Positions 1-11,908 of a stretch of 64,000 nt of DNA are shown one piece after another. Both the position numbers and the translations under genes were made by a program. How positions within the stretch are numbered: the first letter of the stretch is position 1; the number at the start of each line of letters is the position of its first letter. Below the pieces are notes generated by a model. That model was not told the DNA's origin. It searched no databases and saw only the letters and a list, made by a program, of their open reading frames with translations. The DNA is from Lytechinus pictus (taxonomy: Eukaryota): the NCBI RefSeq assembly GCF_037042905.1, contig NC_087250.1:12340001-12404000 (forward strand). The letters run 5' to 3'.

Positions 1-174
1 ACTCACATAGAAATAAACATTATCAACTGGAAATTCCTGTAAAATAAAAATAAATGCATGCTTAATTTTAACTCAAAGATTTAAGTGCGCAGATATGCTC
101 CCCCCCCCCCCCCTTCATGTACAAAAAAGATGAGAAGCGGGCACTAATTAAGAGAGACTAGGGCAGAGAGAAAC

Positions 175-240
175 CAACGAACGTAGAGGGCAGCACCACA
201 CAGCAATACTGCAAAGTGTTGCTGCCCTCTACGTTCGTTG
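175..240. mobile_element. Tiny CA...TG terminal-inverted-repeat remnant
   Basis: 21-bp perfect inverted repeat caacgaacgtagagggcagca, flanked by agagaaac / agagaaaa (7 of 8 match, putative TSD). Confidence 0.55.
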
Positions 241-262
241 AGAGAAAATTAAGCAGGTACGT

Positions 263-312
263 GTGCTTACCACTGAACTGAAAATACGTATTTCCAGTAC
301 AGTGGTGCTTAC
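263..312. mobile_element. P-element-type excision footprint (17+17 bp TIR remnants within an 8-bp TSD)
   Basis: gtgcttac + cactgaactgaaaatac/gtatttccagtacagtg (271-304) + gtgcttac. Confidence 0.6.
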
Positions 313-518
313 GCGCTAGTGTGTGTGAGGGAAAGAAAGAGAGAGAGAGAGATCATCAGTTGAGGGAATGGGCTGATTGATATGAATTCAGCACATATTT
401 GATTAATTATCTCGAAATCTAATCGCTGCCTGAATGAAATTCAATGGCCACCCCCTCCACCTACCGCGAAAAGGATAGTGATACATGATAATAATGAAAA
501 GGAAATAACAGGATCTCG

Positions 519-3500
519 TCACGGCAATTCGAATAAACAGAATACATCAAGTATTCTGACGGAACTGGTTCTTCTAGAGTGAGGACTTTTTACCCAAAAG
601 GATCTCTTGGGTTCTTCTGCGACTCTCAAAGTACTGAGATAAACTGAATAAAGTTCTCGAAAAGGCTTGCCGATCAAAACGTAGAGAGTTTTCGAATCGT
701 AGCTGCTTATAACCACGTTACCGTTTTCGAATTCCCTCCGGCCCGCGAATGAGATCTCGCGTAACTTGAAGTTGTCCACGTCTGAGAACTCGATGGAGTG
801 TTTTTCATAGCTAGGCCAGAACAGACGGCGCCCTGACTTTTAGAAATATAAAAGAAAGTGATGGAAACATTTCTTTAATATTACTTTTTAAGCAAATTTC
901 CCCGCTTAAGTTTACATATCTTGTAAGGAAGATAATAATGATGATAATGATAATGATAATGAGAGCAATAATAAAAAAATAATAATAACAATAATAACGA
1001 TATTTATAATAATGATACTAATAATAATAATAACGATAATAATAATAATAATGTTGATAATAGCAATAATGATGATGATGATAATAATAATAATACTAGT
1101 AATAATAACAATAATAATGATAATGGTAATAATATCAATAATGATAATGATGATGATAATAATAATAATAATGAGGATAATGATAATAATAAAAATAAAA
1201 ATGATAATGATAATAATAATCAGGATAATAATAATAAAAATAATGATAATGATAATATCAATAATAATAATAACAATAAAAAAGATAATGGTAATAATAA
1301 TAATAATGCGGATAATGATAATAATGATAACAATCAAAATGATAATGATAACAATATCAATAATAATAATAATGATAATAATAATAACAATAATAATAAC
1401 AACAACAACACCTGCTGTAAAGAACACGGTGTCACACAGTGTGTTCATTATTTACGCTTTTGCTCAAATTGCTCAATATTGAACAGTGTGAAGATATTTT
1501 CACACTGTGGACACCTCGACAGTGTGACTGTTCACAGAGTGTTCATATGGGCGCCGAAGTCCAGTGGTTCTGTCTCATCTTTAAATCAGAGGGCTCAATC
1601 GTTCCATCACTTAGCTACCTGGATAATGCAACTATTTTTTCAAAGTCATTTTAATTAACAAAACCAGCTGAACCAATGAACTTTTATGTAATAGCTTATT
1701 TGTCAGCATCCCTGAACAGATTCAAAAGAATTCAATATATTTAATGACAGATAAGCTTAACTCCACAATCTTGTCTTCGAAAAAAATGAATGACTTGCCC
1801 TTTTTATCGAAATGCAGGAATTTTGCTTCTGTGTTTTCGGCGAAGATGCTCGTTTGAACTATGTTATCAGTGACGTTGACTTTGATGATGTTTTCCAATG
1901 ATCCTAGATATATCATTCTGTTATTAAACGATATGAAATTGAGAAGACTGAATGTCTGACAATGTCACACAGTTAAAACTAAACCAAAATAAAATATGTA
2001 TCAATGGGATGCAACCATATGATATAGTAAAATAATATTAATGCATTGATCACATGTTTATTTTGTAAACAAAACGTGATTCTCTAAAATGGAAAGGAAT
2101 AGGCCTACGTGTTTTGTTTGCAGGTCAGAGTTCCTTCATACATAGAGCTGTGATTGATCCAATCAACCTCAATTATAAATGAAATTCCACCATTGTAATT
2201 TTTTTTAACCGAAATTTGTTTCTGAATAAATGCATTTTCCTACGGATTTCAGTAAACTCAATCAAATAAATTGATCAGCTAACAGCTTATTTTCATATAT
2301 GAATGAATAAGGAATTCGAGTCGTCTATATTCAACGATCTCTTGGTATTGAAAGTCACAGACCTTTTTCAATAAAGTATCAACGAGTTTCACCTATGTTG
2401 TTTATAGTAATTGTAAAATACAAAAACAAAAACAACAACCAAATCCTACCGATCTCGGTTGTCCATTACAAAGGATATCCAGCTATGAGTTGGATCAGTA
2501 GCAACCGTAGAGGGCGCAGTTCCATCTAGAAAGGACTTCTTAATATACCGTTTGTTCCCATCATCAGAGAGCCAATATATCTCGCGAGTTTCTTGAAGCA
2601 CATTGATAAACAATGCACCTGTACACCAAGAGATGAGTAAATAAAAAATCACATATAAATGAATAAATAAATAATGATAACAATGATAATGAGACCGAAA
2701 TGAATAAGCTTTTATGGACGAATTCGAGAAAAAGGAGAGGAAATAGAAACCCCCAATGATGTCATGCATTGGTCTGGCCGTGCTTTGATGCAACATGAGG
2801 GAATGTTCACTCCGCGATGTACGGCAGATTAAAAAAACACGGCAAATGTATTGAAAAATGCCCGTCAAAATTACAATGAACAGGTGGGAGGTATTACGAC
2901 ACTGCAACAAGTGGAGTGGTTCAGGAGCTACATCTTGAATAGGAAGCAATATGTCTTTTTAAACGGTTGCAATTCTCAAATGAAAAAAAATAATTGTGGA
3001 GTTCCCCAGGATAATATTTTAGGCCTGATTTTGTTTATAGTTTATATTAATGATTTTTGTAGATCATCAGATGTTCTTTCTTTCATTCTCTTTGCGGACG
3101 TCTCTAACTTATTTTTTTCACATAAAAATCCTCTTCACCTTGCTAATATAATCAACTCTGAACTAGAAAGTGTCACCGAATGGATAAGAGCAAATAAATT
3201 GTCACTAAATCTTAAAAAAACAAATATATGTTGTTTAGCAACTCTATAAATACACTTCCTGTTGATATTATTTAAGATGGAACTCCCTTGGAAAATGTAT
3301 CCCATATTAAGTTTCTTGGAATAACAGTCGATAATAAGCTCTCATGGAAATTTCACATAGATAACATATGTAAAACTATTTCACGCAACATTGGTATAAT
3401 TAACAAGCTTAAATTTTGTTTACCATTATCGTCCCTGCTTACATTATATTCATCCCTTATATTGCCTTATTTAAATTATGGAATTTTAGCGTGGGGTAAT

Positions 3501-6500
3501 ACACAACAAACACTCTTAGACAAATTACTCCTATTACAAAAGAAGTCTCTACGTATTATATGTCACACGGCATATTTGTCTCGTACTGACCCATTATTTT
3601 TTTAACATGAAATATTGAAAATTAAAGACTTATATTTGTTTAATCTCGGTCAGTTCATGTATAACTATAACAACAACAACCTCCCAAATGTATTTAATTC
3701 AATGTTTCCAAAAAATCAATCCATTCACAACTATCCAACAAGGCGATTGGGTGAATTTCATTTACCACTTTTAAGAACTTTGCGGGCTCAGAACACATTT
3801 ATATATGATGGACCGAAGTTATGGAACTCACTTCATAATGATATAACAAATGCTAAATCTTTGAACTCTTTTAAGATTAAATTCAAATTATCTCTATTAA
3901 AACCTTATAATATACTCCCAAATTAAGTTTACTTCATCATCTCTGTCAAGTCATCATTATTACTTTAAAGACTACAATTAAAACATAAAATAATTATCCT
4001 TTTTTATTTAAAAAAAAAAATCTGACACAAGTCCTTCTCAGATGTGCTCATTATTGAACCTCATACATTACTGTGTCTATCCTCTCTATTTTCTCCTCTC
4101 CTGTCCGCTTATCCGCCTTCCTACCGGTTATTTGTTCACGGCATCAATCACATTCTTCGTGCATTATATTCTTTCCAGGTTATTTTATATATCTTTTTCT
4201 CCTTTTATACACATCATTGAATCCAATTTGCTTGAGTCCAAGACGGCATGTGTTCTATCTACGTACAGCAGTACCCATCCATCTTCTCAGGGCATTCTCC
4301 CCTTTTTTCTTCTCTTTTTCTGGGGGGGGGGGTGGGGTGGAGAAGGGTGGATATTTTTAGGACGGGTTGTTTTGTCCTTTATCAAACTATATATTTTTGA
4401 TAACTTTGTATTTATTTTGTGAGTATTTCCCTCTAATGTATTTTTTTTCTCATTTGATTATCTGTATTTATACTTTGTTATTTTGTTATTTGTTGTGTTA
4501 TCTATTTTTTGAGGGGCCCACATTGTACAAGCATTGCTTTTTAGTGGGTCCCCCCATTTCCATCTTAATTTAATTTCTATTGAAAAATAGTATACATATT
4601 TAAAACCTATACAATGTGTTGCCCAAATTGTCTAAGTGTTTTTTCACAACATATGTATCATTAATTTTTTTTTTTTTGCAACGGATACAAATACTTATGT
4701 TTATATATGGTGTACAATTTGTTTTTGTTTGATGGAAGTGAAATAAATAAATTTGAATTTGAATTTGAACAAAATTAATAACAAGTTAGATCAATTCTAA
4801 ATTTGATCCCTTTCTTTAATTACAGGAACAGGAGGTATATAGATCATACACTTAATAAAATAAAAATTATCTCATGTATCTTGAAGAGTCAGTTATGGAT
4901 AATTCATGAATAAATCCTGTCCGTATAATGTCTAACTTGGGTGGCAATGATTCCTTGGACTACAATCCCCAAAACGGGCGATGATAAAATCGATGTTGAA
5001 ATGCGATGAATAATTACAGTCACTGTAGTGAGATGAAATGTCCGTGAAGATGAAGTTGATGATGATAAACATTCAATTTCAGCAATCCATTGGATGCAAA
5101 TTTCTTGTTTTTAGAACAGGTTGATGATCTCGATGAGAACTGAAAATTCCTCTCTTAAAATAACTGCAAAGAGCTAATTGATGGTGTGCAAATAATTCCA
5201 CAGAAGTTAATGTTGTATTTCACATAGAAATGAGCAATGCTCTGACAAGAAGACTGGCGTGAAACTCTGGGTTCTGATCTGATACGATGATCTCCTTGAA
5301 GGAACTACCAGTTTATAGATATATATATAAATTTCCACTATTCTGGAAGCTTTTAGTATTGTCTTTAAAAGAACATTATACTTCTGTCTAGAGCAGTCCA
5401 ATCTAGAAGACTCTTGAATGACCTGAGTGAAATCAACGACGTAAACAACATTTCTAATCTTATTGTCCTTTTCCACTGCCACAAAGAGGCCCTATTGTCT
5501 GCCAAGAATTATTGTAAATTACACAAAAACCAATTATTACTCTGCCCCATGCCTACATACCAAAGCTTAACTAAGACAGTCTGGAATCTTCTTATTATGC
5601 AATGAACTTCCTTAGAGAAAACGAATAATAACTAAATTGATGAATATACATGTAATTTATAATACATGTGGAGGAGCCATGGTGTAGTGGTTCTGACTCT
5701 CGCCTTGTAAACAGAGGGTCTTGTGTTCGTATCCCACCACGGTCTGGCGTCTTTTTGCAAGGCGTTAATCCACAGTTTGCCACTCTCGACCCAGGTGCTA
5801 TTAAATGGGTACCCGGTAGGATGTGAAAGTCAGTTTGTCCAGCACCGTGTGCGCCTCACCGGCGAATGACGGGAAAACTCCCCAGGGAGTGGAAGATGTG
5901 CACACATTGTGTGCGGGAATGACTGATTGAATCCGATGACCGGGGTAATAATATATCTGTATATCGCTTAGACACGTCGTTCCGATGTATTAAGCGCTAT
6001 ATAAAAGCAGATCATTATTATTTCTCTTACAATCATTCTTACATAACAGATGCCTTTGCCGAAAATGGAAGAACCGGAACAACAGTTTCGTCCTAAGCTT
6101 AAGAGCTGACGAAATTGCAAGTACGTCGTTTTTCCAGAGTCCATGACGTATTATTGCCGCTTTGATTCACAATTTTTTCGACAAAGACTTTTTCTTTTTC
6201 TTTGTCATGAAGGGCATTTGAGAATACACTTCTTCCGTTCTTGAAACCTCCGTTTGTTGCAGAGGGAATACTCCTTGTTCACATCGGCGACACGGACTCC
6301 AGACGGTAACACCGCATTTACTCCGGCGACAATCGTAAAGGCGTCGTACAATGGCCCTATGCTGCTCGTATGATGCACATACTTTTTACGATGCCCCTAC
6401 ACGGATCGTACGGTGTTCCAACGATTATATTTTGAAATAATAATAACTCCGCGTTAAAAAAAAAATCGTAGAGACTTTATACGATGATCGTCAATCCCTA

Positions 6501-9500
6501 CGAAAATCGTAAAACCATTGCACGCTGTTCTAAATACATAGTACGAATATACGATAATTTTACTCCAATCCAATTATTTCGCAATTCAAGGGAAATCCAA
6601 TAAAATTCACCCCAGTGTCCCGTTTCATAAAAAAAAATATTTTATAGTAACAAATGCTCGATTCCTCTAACAAATCTTCCATCAGCCAATCGGATTGAAG
6701 GATTTCAGTAGCTTTTATCTATCTGTTATTGTTGATTTGTTATCATAACGAGTTTAATGAAACGGGGGCCCCAGATCATGCAGAATGGGAACTTACGTTC
6801 AGATGTCATGACGAATTCTGCCCGTGTCAGGTCGTCAATATCACATCTTAAAATTCGGGACTCCGAGGGCTCCGTCCAATAAATCTTTCTCTCCAGGGCG
6901 TCGATGGACACATCTGATGTCAAACCAGGACCTGCAACCTTTTTGCCCTCCATTAATAAAACATTTAAGGGCGTTTGTCCCTTCCCCAGTTTACCGATCA
7001 AATGTAGGTAACGAGATGCCATAGAGACGTATATTCCTGTAGCTGCAAAATCATAAGAGCAACAAAATCGTCGGTTACAAACCAGTGAACCACCCCAAAA
7101 CTAATAATACACTGCTAGGAAATGTTTTCTGTAAAGAGAAAAAAAAATTGTAATTTGGTTTTCCAAAAAAGCAAAAGTTTAAAACTTAGCTTATTAGTGT
7201 TCTTCTTCTTCTTCATAGTATCAACATTTGAAGTTGCAAAGTCGAAGCAAAGACAAGACGCAAGAGTTTCATTGACACCAATAACGGCGCTGTGTCATTT
7301 AGCACCGATCTTGTTGGCGTAAGGGCATATTTATGAGTGTATATATCACCTTGTTTGGCCACATGACTATGTTGCACACCTCGAGCCGGGCCCGAAAAAG
7401 ACTAATCGCCAGAATTCAATTAAACATTCGTCGGAGCATCGTGGCCCAGTGGATTAGTCTCCGGACTTTGAAACAGAGGGTTGTGGGTTCAAATTCCAGC
7501 CATGGCATAATTTCCTTCAGCAAGGAATTCATCCACAGTGTGCTGCACTCGACCCAGGTGAGGTATAAAATGGGAACCGGCAGGAAGTAACTCCTCAAAA
7601 AGCTGTGTGCACCTGAATAGGTTGCCTAGCTTAGCCGGGTAATAATAATAGCAGGGCCCGCTGGGAGAACAGTTTAAGGAACTGAAGTGGCTACCCCATT
7701 TTATTTTTTTTCCTAAAGACATTTCATCCATTTTCATATAAAATATACTAATAAAAGATATCATGAATATATAGGAAAAACACAATGAATGTAAAATACA
7801 GTGTGTGAATTATGTTTATGGGATGTCACACAATTATTTAACGCAAATTATGTTTACACAAAATATGGATCGTAATGATACTACTATCTACTTTTTTAAA
7901 ATCTATTTGTTTATTCATGTATGCATTTACTTAATTAGTTATTTATTTATTTCATTTGTGTTAATTTGGCAGACCCCCCCCCCCCCCACACCATCCTCGT
8001 CCTAGATTTCCAAGTAGGGCTAAGGAAGCCATAGTGCATGAAGTATAATTATACTGCCAATTAGTTATCGGTTAAACTTATGTGCGTGTGTAAACATATA
8101 TAATGGCACGATTGAAATTAAATCAAATTGGAAGAATTAAGGGTTAGCCTAAAGAATGATAATAACCGAAATTGATTAATACCTGGCCGAATGCATCGTA
8201 AGTACCAAATGCGACCTGGGAGTAATGCAGTACCGGGTTTCGGAGACGGAATTAAAGAAACTTTCGAGCCTTGTATTTCAGCACAATGCTGATCCCAACA
8301 CGCAGCCTTAGCCCCTGAAAAATGAAGTGTCAAAAGTCGAGTGATTATTTCACGAAAGGACTTGTTTTATCCTTTTCACTTGACAAAATGCAAAAACCGC
8401 CCTAATGACAAGCTCGGTCGCATTGCTCCCTCTTTTTTGATTTTTTTTTTCGAATAAAGCTTACGAGTGCTGCCCCCCCCCCCCCTAGCGAAAAAGTGAT
8501 CTGCAAACGGCCATGAGAGTGTATGATGGGTTGACCGTAATTTGCGCACATCATAAAAATTATCATGAAGTTTATAATCAATCAAAAATTTCTCATGCAA
8601 AATCAATTAAATCATCCAAAACCAAACAGAAAGCAAGATCCTAGAGTCAGAGGCCTGTGTTCTGAAGTCGGGTTTAAGTTAAACTCAGGTTTAAAGTTGT
8701 GGTTTAGGTATGGGAAGCCAAAAGTATCAAATTTGTTATTAAGTTGTATGTTTCTTGTGTTTACTTTGCTCTTTCCTGATTCATCGATGGTGAAGACAAT
8801 CATCCTTTTATACTTCCTACACAATTATGAATAATTTGAGAGCCAAATGAGCTGAAATATGATAACTCTACTGTTAGTGATTTATGTAACAATTGGCTAT
8901 CCATACTTAAACCACAACTTTAAACCTGAGTTTAAGTTAAACCCGACTTCAGAATACAGGCCAAAATCTCTCGACGGAACTAAGAAATAGGTCAAGGGTT
9001 CCTCTTGTATCGCGATCTCAAAAATGTATGGCGATCGACTAGTGCGCACTCGACTGAAAAGGTGTTATAAAAATCATTACGAGTTGTAGGTCATCATAAA
9101 TAATATTTATACAGATTGCCTGTTAAGAGGAGGAGATTTTATTAAGGGCCAAGACCAAACTAAAACACAGTTCATTTGAATAAAAATATATAACTCAGTG
9201 CTATGCTAATGAGAGAGTTGTTGATGTCCCTCACCCACTATTTCTTATGTTTTTATAATTGTTTGAATTGTACAATATTTCAATTTTTACAGATTTGAAA
9301 ATACGGCCCCTCTTGTCTGAACCACATAATGTTAAAACAATGATAACTGCACACGTTCAGGGAGAAATTAAACTTCGTTTCACATGACCATGAGGAGAAA
9401 ATCAGAATACTTCATATTCCATTAATGAATACAAAAGATTAGTGAATGGATGATGTCATCAGTCTCCTCATTTGAAAACCGACCAGGTTGTGAACATACA

Positions 9501-10516
9501 TAAAAGTATTACTGTCATAAGTTCCTTCTTTTACATCCGATTTTGGTGAACTTGTCAATGTCATGCTTGTTGGATTTTTCTCTCTTTATTCAAACCAACT
9601 TTTTGTTGGGGTGAACTTGTCCTTTAACGATTGTAAACAAGAATCTTATCGGAATTATAAGTGGCAGAAACATATTTAGAAAAAAAAATATAGAAACACC
9701 TCAAATCATTTATTGAAACCTTTTCTGTTGAGAATTGGTGATTGTATTCATGATTGTTAAAAAGAAAAGATTCATCTCACCTATATAGCAACACAGGAGG
9801 TGCATGATCACTTGATGTATGACGAGCTAAAAAAAAAATATTTAACGATTTTGTTGAACTTTGGTTCACAACACAAAAAACAGAAAATAACGAAGAGTTA
9901 CCTCGAAATTTTCGGCTGCTAACTGCAACCTTCGTCAGCGATGTGACCCGATTTGACCTTAGTGACGTAATGGTCGATGATCGGGTCGTAGACATTCGGA
10001 AGCTTGTATCGCCCCCCCCCCCGTCTCTGTTGAGGTAACTTTTCGTTATTTTCTGTTTTTTGTGTTGTGAACCAAAGTTCAACAAAATCGTTATCTTTTA
10101 CCAACACAGATGAACTTTCATGATCGAAAAAAAAATATTTATTCACCCAGGGTAATTTCCTCAGGATAAAACTGCTTCACAAGAGAACCATGCACATTTG
10201 AAATAAAATTATGGTAAAGTGTAAAACAGGAAAATTACTATATATGTATATACATATATATATATGTATATATATTAATGAGGCAAAGTGGTAATGCATT
10301 GTACTTAGTTCCAACAGTTTATTTTGAATTCCAAATTTTCGACGTTAAACATACGTCTTCCTCAGGGATACAATAAAGCTCACAGAGACAAGAACTGAAA
10401 TAATAACATTCATGATATTGTGGTAGTCATGGAACCGCGCACAAAACAGCATCACCATCATGATAATAATAAAAAAAGCATTTTGGGGGCGCAGGCTGTA
10501 AAATTAGGTAATATCG

Positions 10517-10569
<53 letters not shown>

Positions 10570-11908
10570 CTCAATTATAAACAAGAAAACAGCACAAGAT
10601 GGCTGAACACTTAAAAACAAAACAATAACAATTTCGTGGAATGGAAGAATGAGGTTTGATAATTCCAGTTTTAAGGTATGTTTGGGATAGTCATGAACCA
10701 TGCAATAATGCATTCACAAAGTCTGTGAATGAAAGAAAAAGATTACCCTGAAGAAGAGCTGGGTTCATTAAAAGCAGGAATAATAAAGAAAAAAATATTG
10801 GTGAAAGTGTGATGAAAATATATCAAAGAATAACGCAGTTATGAAGTTTCATTTTTTTATGACGTCGTTTGCGAGCAAGGTTTCACTATCATCCAATATA
10901 AATGCCATAAATTCCCTTTTAAAGGCGGAGCATGATGAATAATAACATGAATAAGGACTTCTCATAGCACATGTATGAAACAATGTTTATGATGATATAT
11001 TCACAAATTCGCAAATAATTACACTTAATGTGAAAGCTGTGGATGCTAACAAAGTGGGTACAGGGGCGCCACTATGTTACGGGGGGGGGGGGGGGTAAGG
11101 AGAACTAAAATGTTGCTATTTTTCTCACTTGAATAGTAGGGCCATCGTAGATTATTGTTTCGTGTTCGGCAAAATATGTTACTTACCGCTTTAAAAGACA
11201 TGATCCACTTAAAAGTCACCAACACGGAATAAAACACACAAGTGATGATGATGATGATGATGATGACGGTGATGATGATGGCGCTGATGATGACAACGAA
11301 TTCAACTACGGTGGCGACGATGATGCATGATGTTTGTTATGAAGATATGGATCACGACACCAGTGGCTGTTAGAAGGCTTCTACCAATTGAAAATGGAGT
11401 TTTCTTCAATAGATTTAAAACTCTGCTCAATATCTTAACTGTCGTATTACTGCGCATGCTCAAACACACTGCTGCAATTCAACGACATATTATATTATCA
11501 CTAATACAAATTATGACCAATACATATCGCTACCAGGAACCAATCAGAATTCTTCTTTCAAATTAGCGATCAAACACTTACCTCTGTACTGGTACGGGGC
11601 CACGGAAAAGCCATAGGCTTGAAAATTCCAAGATTCTAAATATTTATTGTGTGTAAAACAGAAATTCGATATCCGCTGGCTCTAAATTGAAAATTGCACA
11701 AAAATTATTATAGACGGAATGCAAATATTCAACATATCAGATACGAATACAAACATAACAACACGAAGAATATAACAATCGCGTGTTGATCATCTTTTTT
11801 TTTAATATAGCTTCAGAACAGTTGGGTAGCAGATATACGCTCGGGGAATTATTAGTGCATGGACCCCCCCCCCCCCTCTTCAAAACTGCAAAACAGTCAG
11901 TTTACCAT
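519..11908 (-). CDS. YWTD (LDL-receptor class B repeat) beta-propeller protein, about 316 aa, spliced; 5' end uncertain
   Basis: Exons 11681-11582, 7042-6797, 2618-2450, 1917-1799 and 832-519 (TGA) join with consistent phases. The putative ATG is the last 3 nt (11908-11906) of an upstream exon 11989-11906. The translation has YWTD-type blades: IDALERKIYWTEPSESRILRCDID, ETREIYWLSDDG, DRMIYLGS, FDKKGRRLFWPS. Intron 1798-833 is GC-AG. Confidence 0.7.
930..1410. repeat. Degenerate (ATA/ATG)n trinucleotide microsatellite
   Basis: About 480 bp of ataata/atgata; explains the poly-Ile ORFs on both strands. Confidence 0.95.
2905..4769 (+). mobile_element. 5'-truncated, frameshifted CR1/L2-group non-LTR retrotransposon (RT C-terminal half plus 3' UTR)
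   Basis: WFRSYILNRKQYV, CGVPQDNILGLILFIVYINDF, LFAD, WIRANKLSLN, KFLGITVDNKLSWKFHI, LILPYLNYGILAWG, YDGPKLWNSL split across three frames; ends in aataaa followed by a (tttgaa)n tail. Antisense within an intron of the YWTD gene. Confidence 0.9.
5673..6022 (+). mobile_element. tRNA-derived SINE
   Basis: A-box tggtgtagtgg and B-box-like gttcgtatcc head, conserved core cactctcgacccaggtg...aatgggtaccc, tail aagcgctatataaa...attattatt. Confidence 0.85.
7433..7700 (+). mobile_element. tRNA-derived SINE (3' partial)
   Basis: gtggcccagtgg...ggttcaaattcc head and tgctgcactcgacccaggtgagg core shared with the other copies. Confidence 0.85.
8652..8962. mobile_element. Palindromic MITE
   Basis: About 55-bp TIRs ggcctgtgttctgaagtcgggtttaagttaaactcaggtttaaagttgtgg and its reverse complement. 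Confidence 0.8.
9150..9627. mobile_element. Degenerate copy of the ~600-bp TTAA-flanked (Kolobok-like) MITE family
   Basis: Internal sequence and the end ggggtgaacttgtcctttaa match the copies at 32520, 51897, 55835 and 58089. Confidence 0.75.
9844..10092 (-). mobile_element. Penelope-like element 3' remnant with inverted pseudo-LTR piece
   Basis: Minus strand encodes a frameshifted LNRDGG-GRYKLPNVYDPII, resembling the C-terminus after the GIY-YIG domain of Penelope-like elements. About 60-bp inverted repeats at 9844-9904 and 10032-10092. Contains a hammerhead-like core. Confidence 0.65.
9896..9947 (-). ncRNA. Minimal type I hammerhead ribozyme-like motif
   Basis: CUGACGA-A-[GGUUGC aguua GCAGCC]-GAAA-AUUU; helix I pairs UCG with CGA. 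Confidence 0.55.
10326..10372 (-). ncRNA. Second minimal hammerhead ribozyme-like motif
   Basis: CUGAGGA-A-[GACGU auguuua ACGUC]-GAAA-AUUU; helix I pairs UCC with GGA. Confidence 0.5.
10519..10566. repeat. (TA)n microsatellite
   Basis: Pure AT dinucleotide run. Confidence 0.95.

Noticed and set aside
912..1482. Poly-Ile/Met ORFs on both strands
   Set aside because: Translation of an (ATA)n microsatellite inside an intron.
4900..5482. Coding-like stretch and 91-aa ORF within the YWTD gene intron
   Set aside because: No recognisable motif, and the flanking exons already join in phase; possibly an eroded retroelement but not supportable.
6082..6116. ctgacga motif within a hairpin as a possible third hammerhead
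   Set aside because: No helix II followed by GAAA in the right order on either strand.
11186..11240. Minus-strand GTAAGT donor with a short hydrophobic ORF
   Set aside because: The phase does not fit the next YWTD exon and there is no clear acceptor or start; it abuts a microsatellite.
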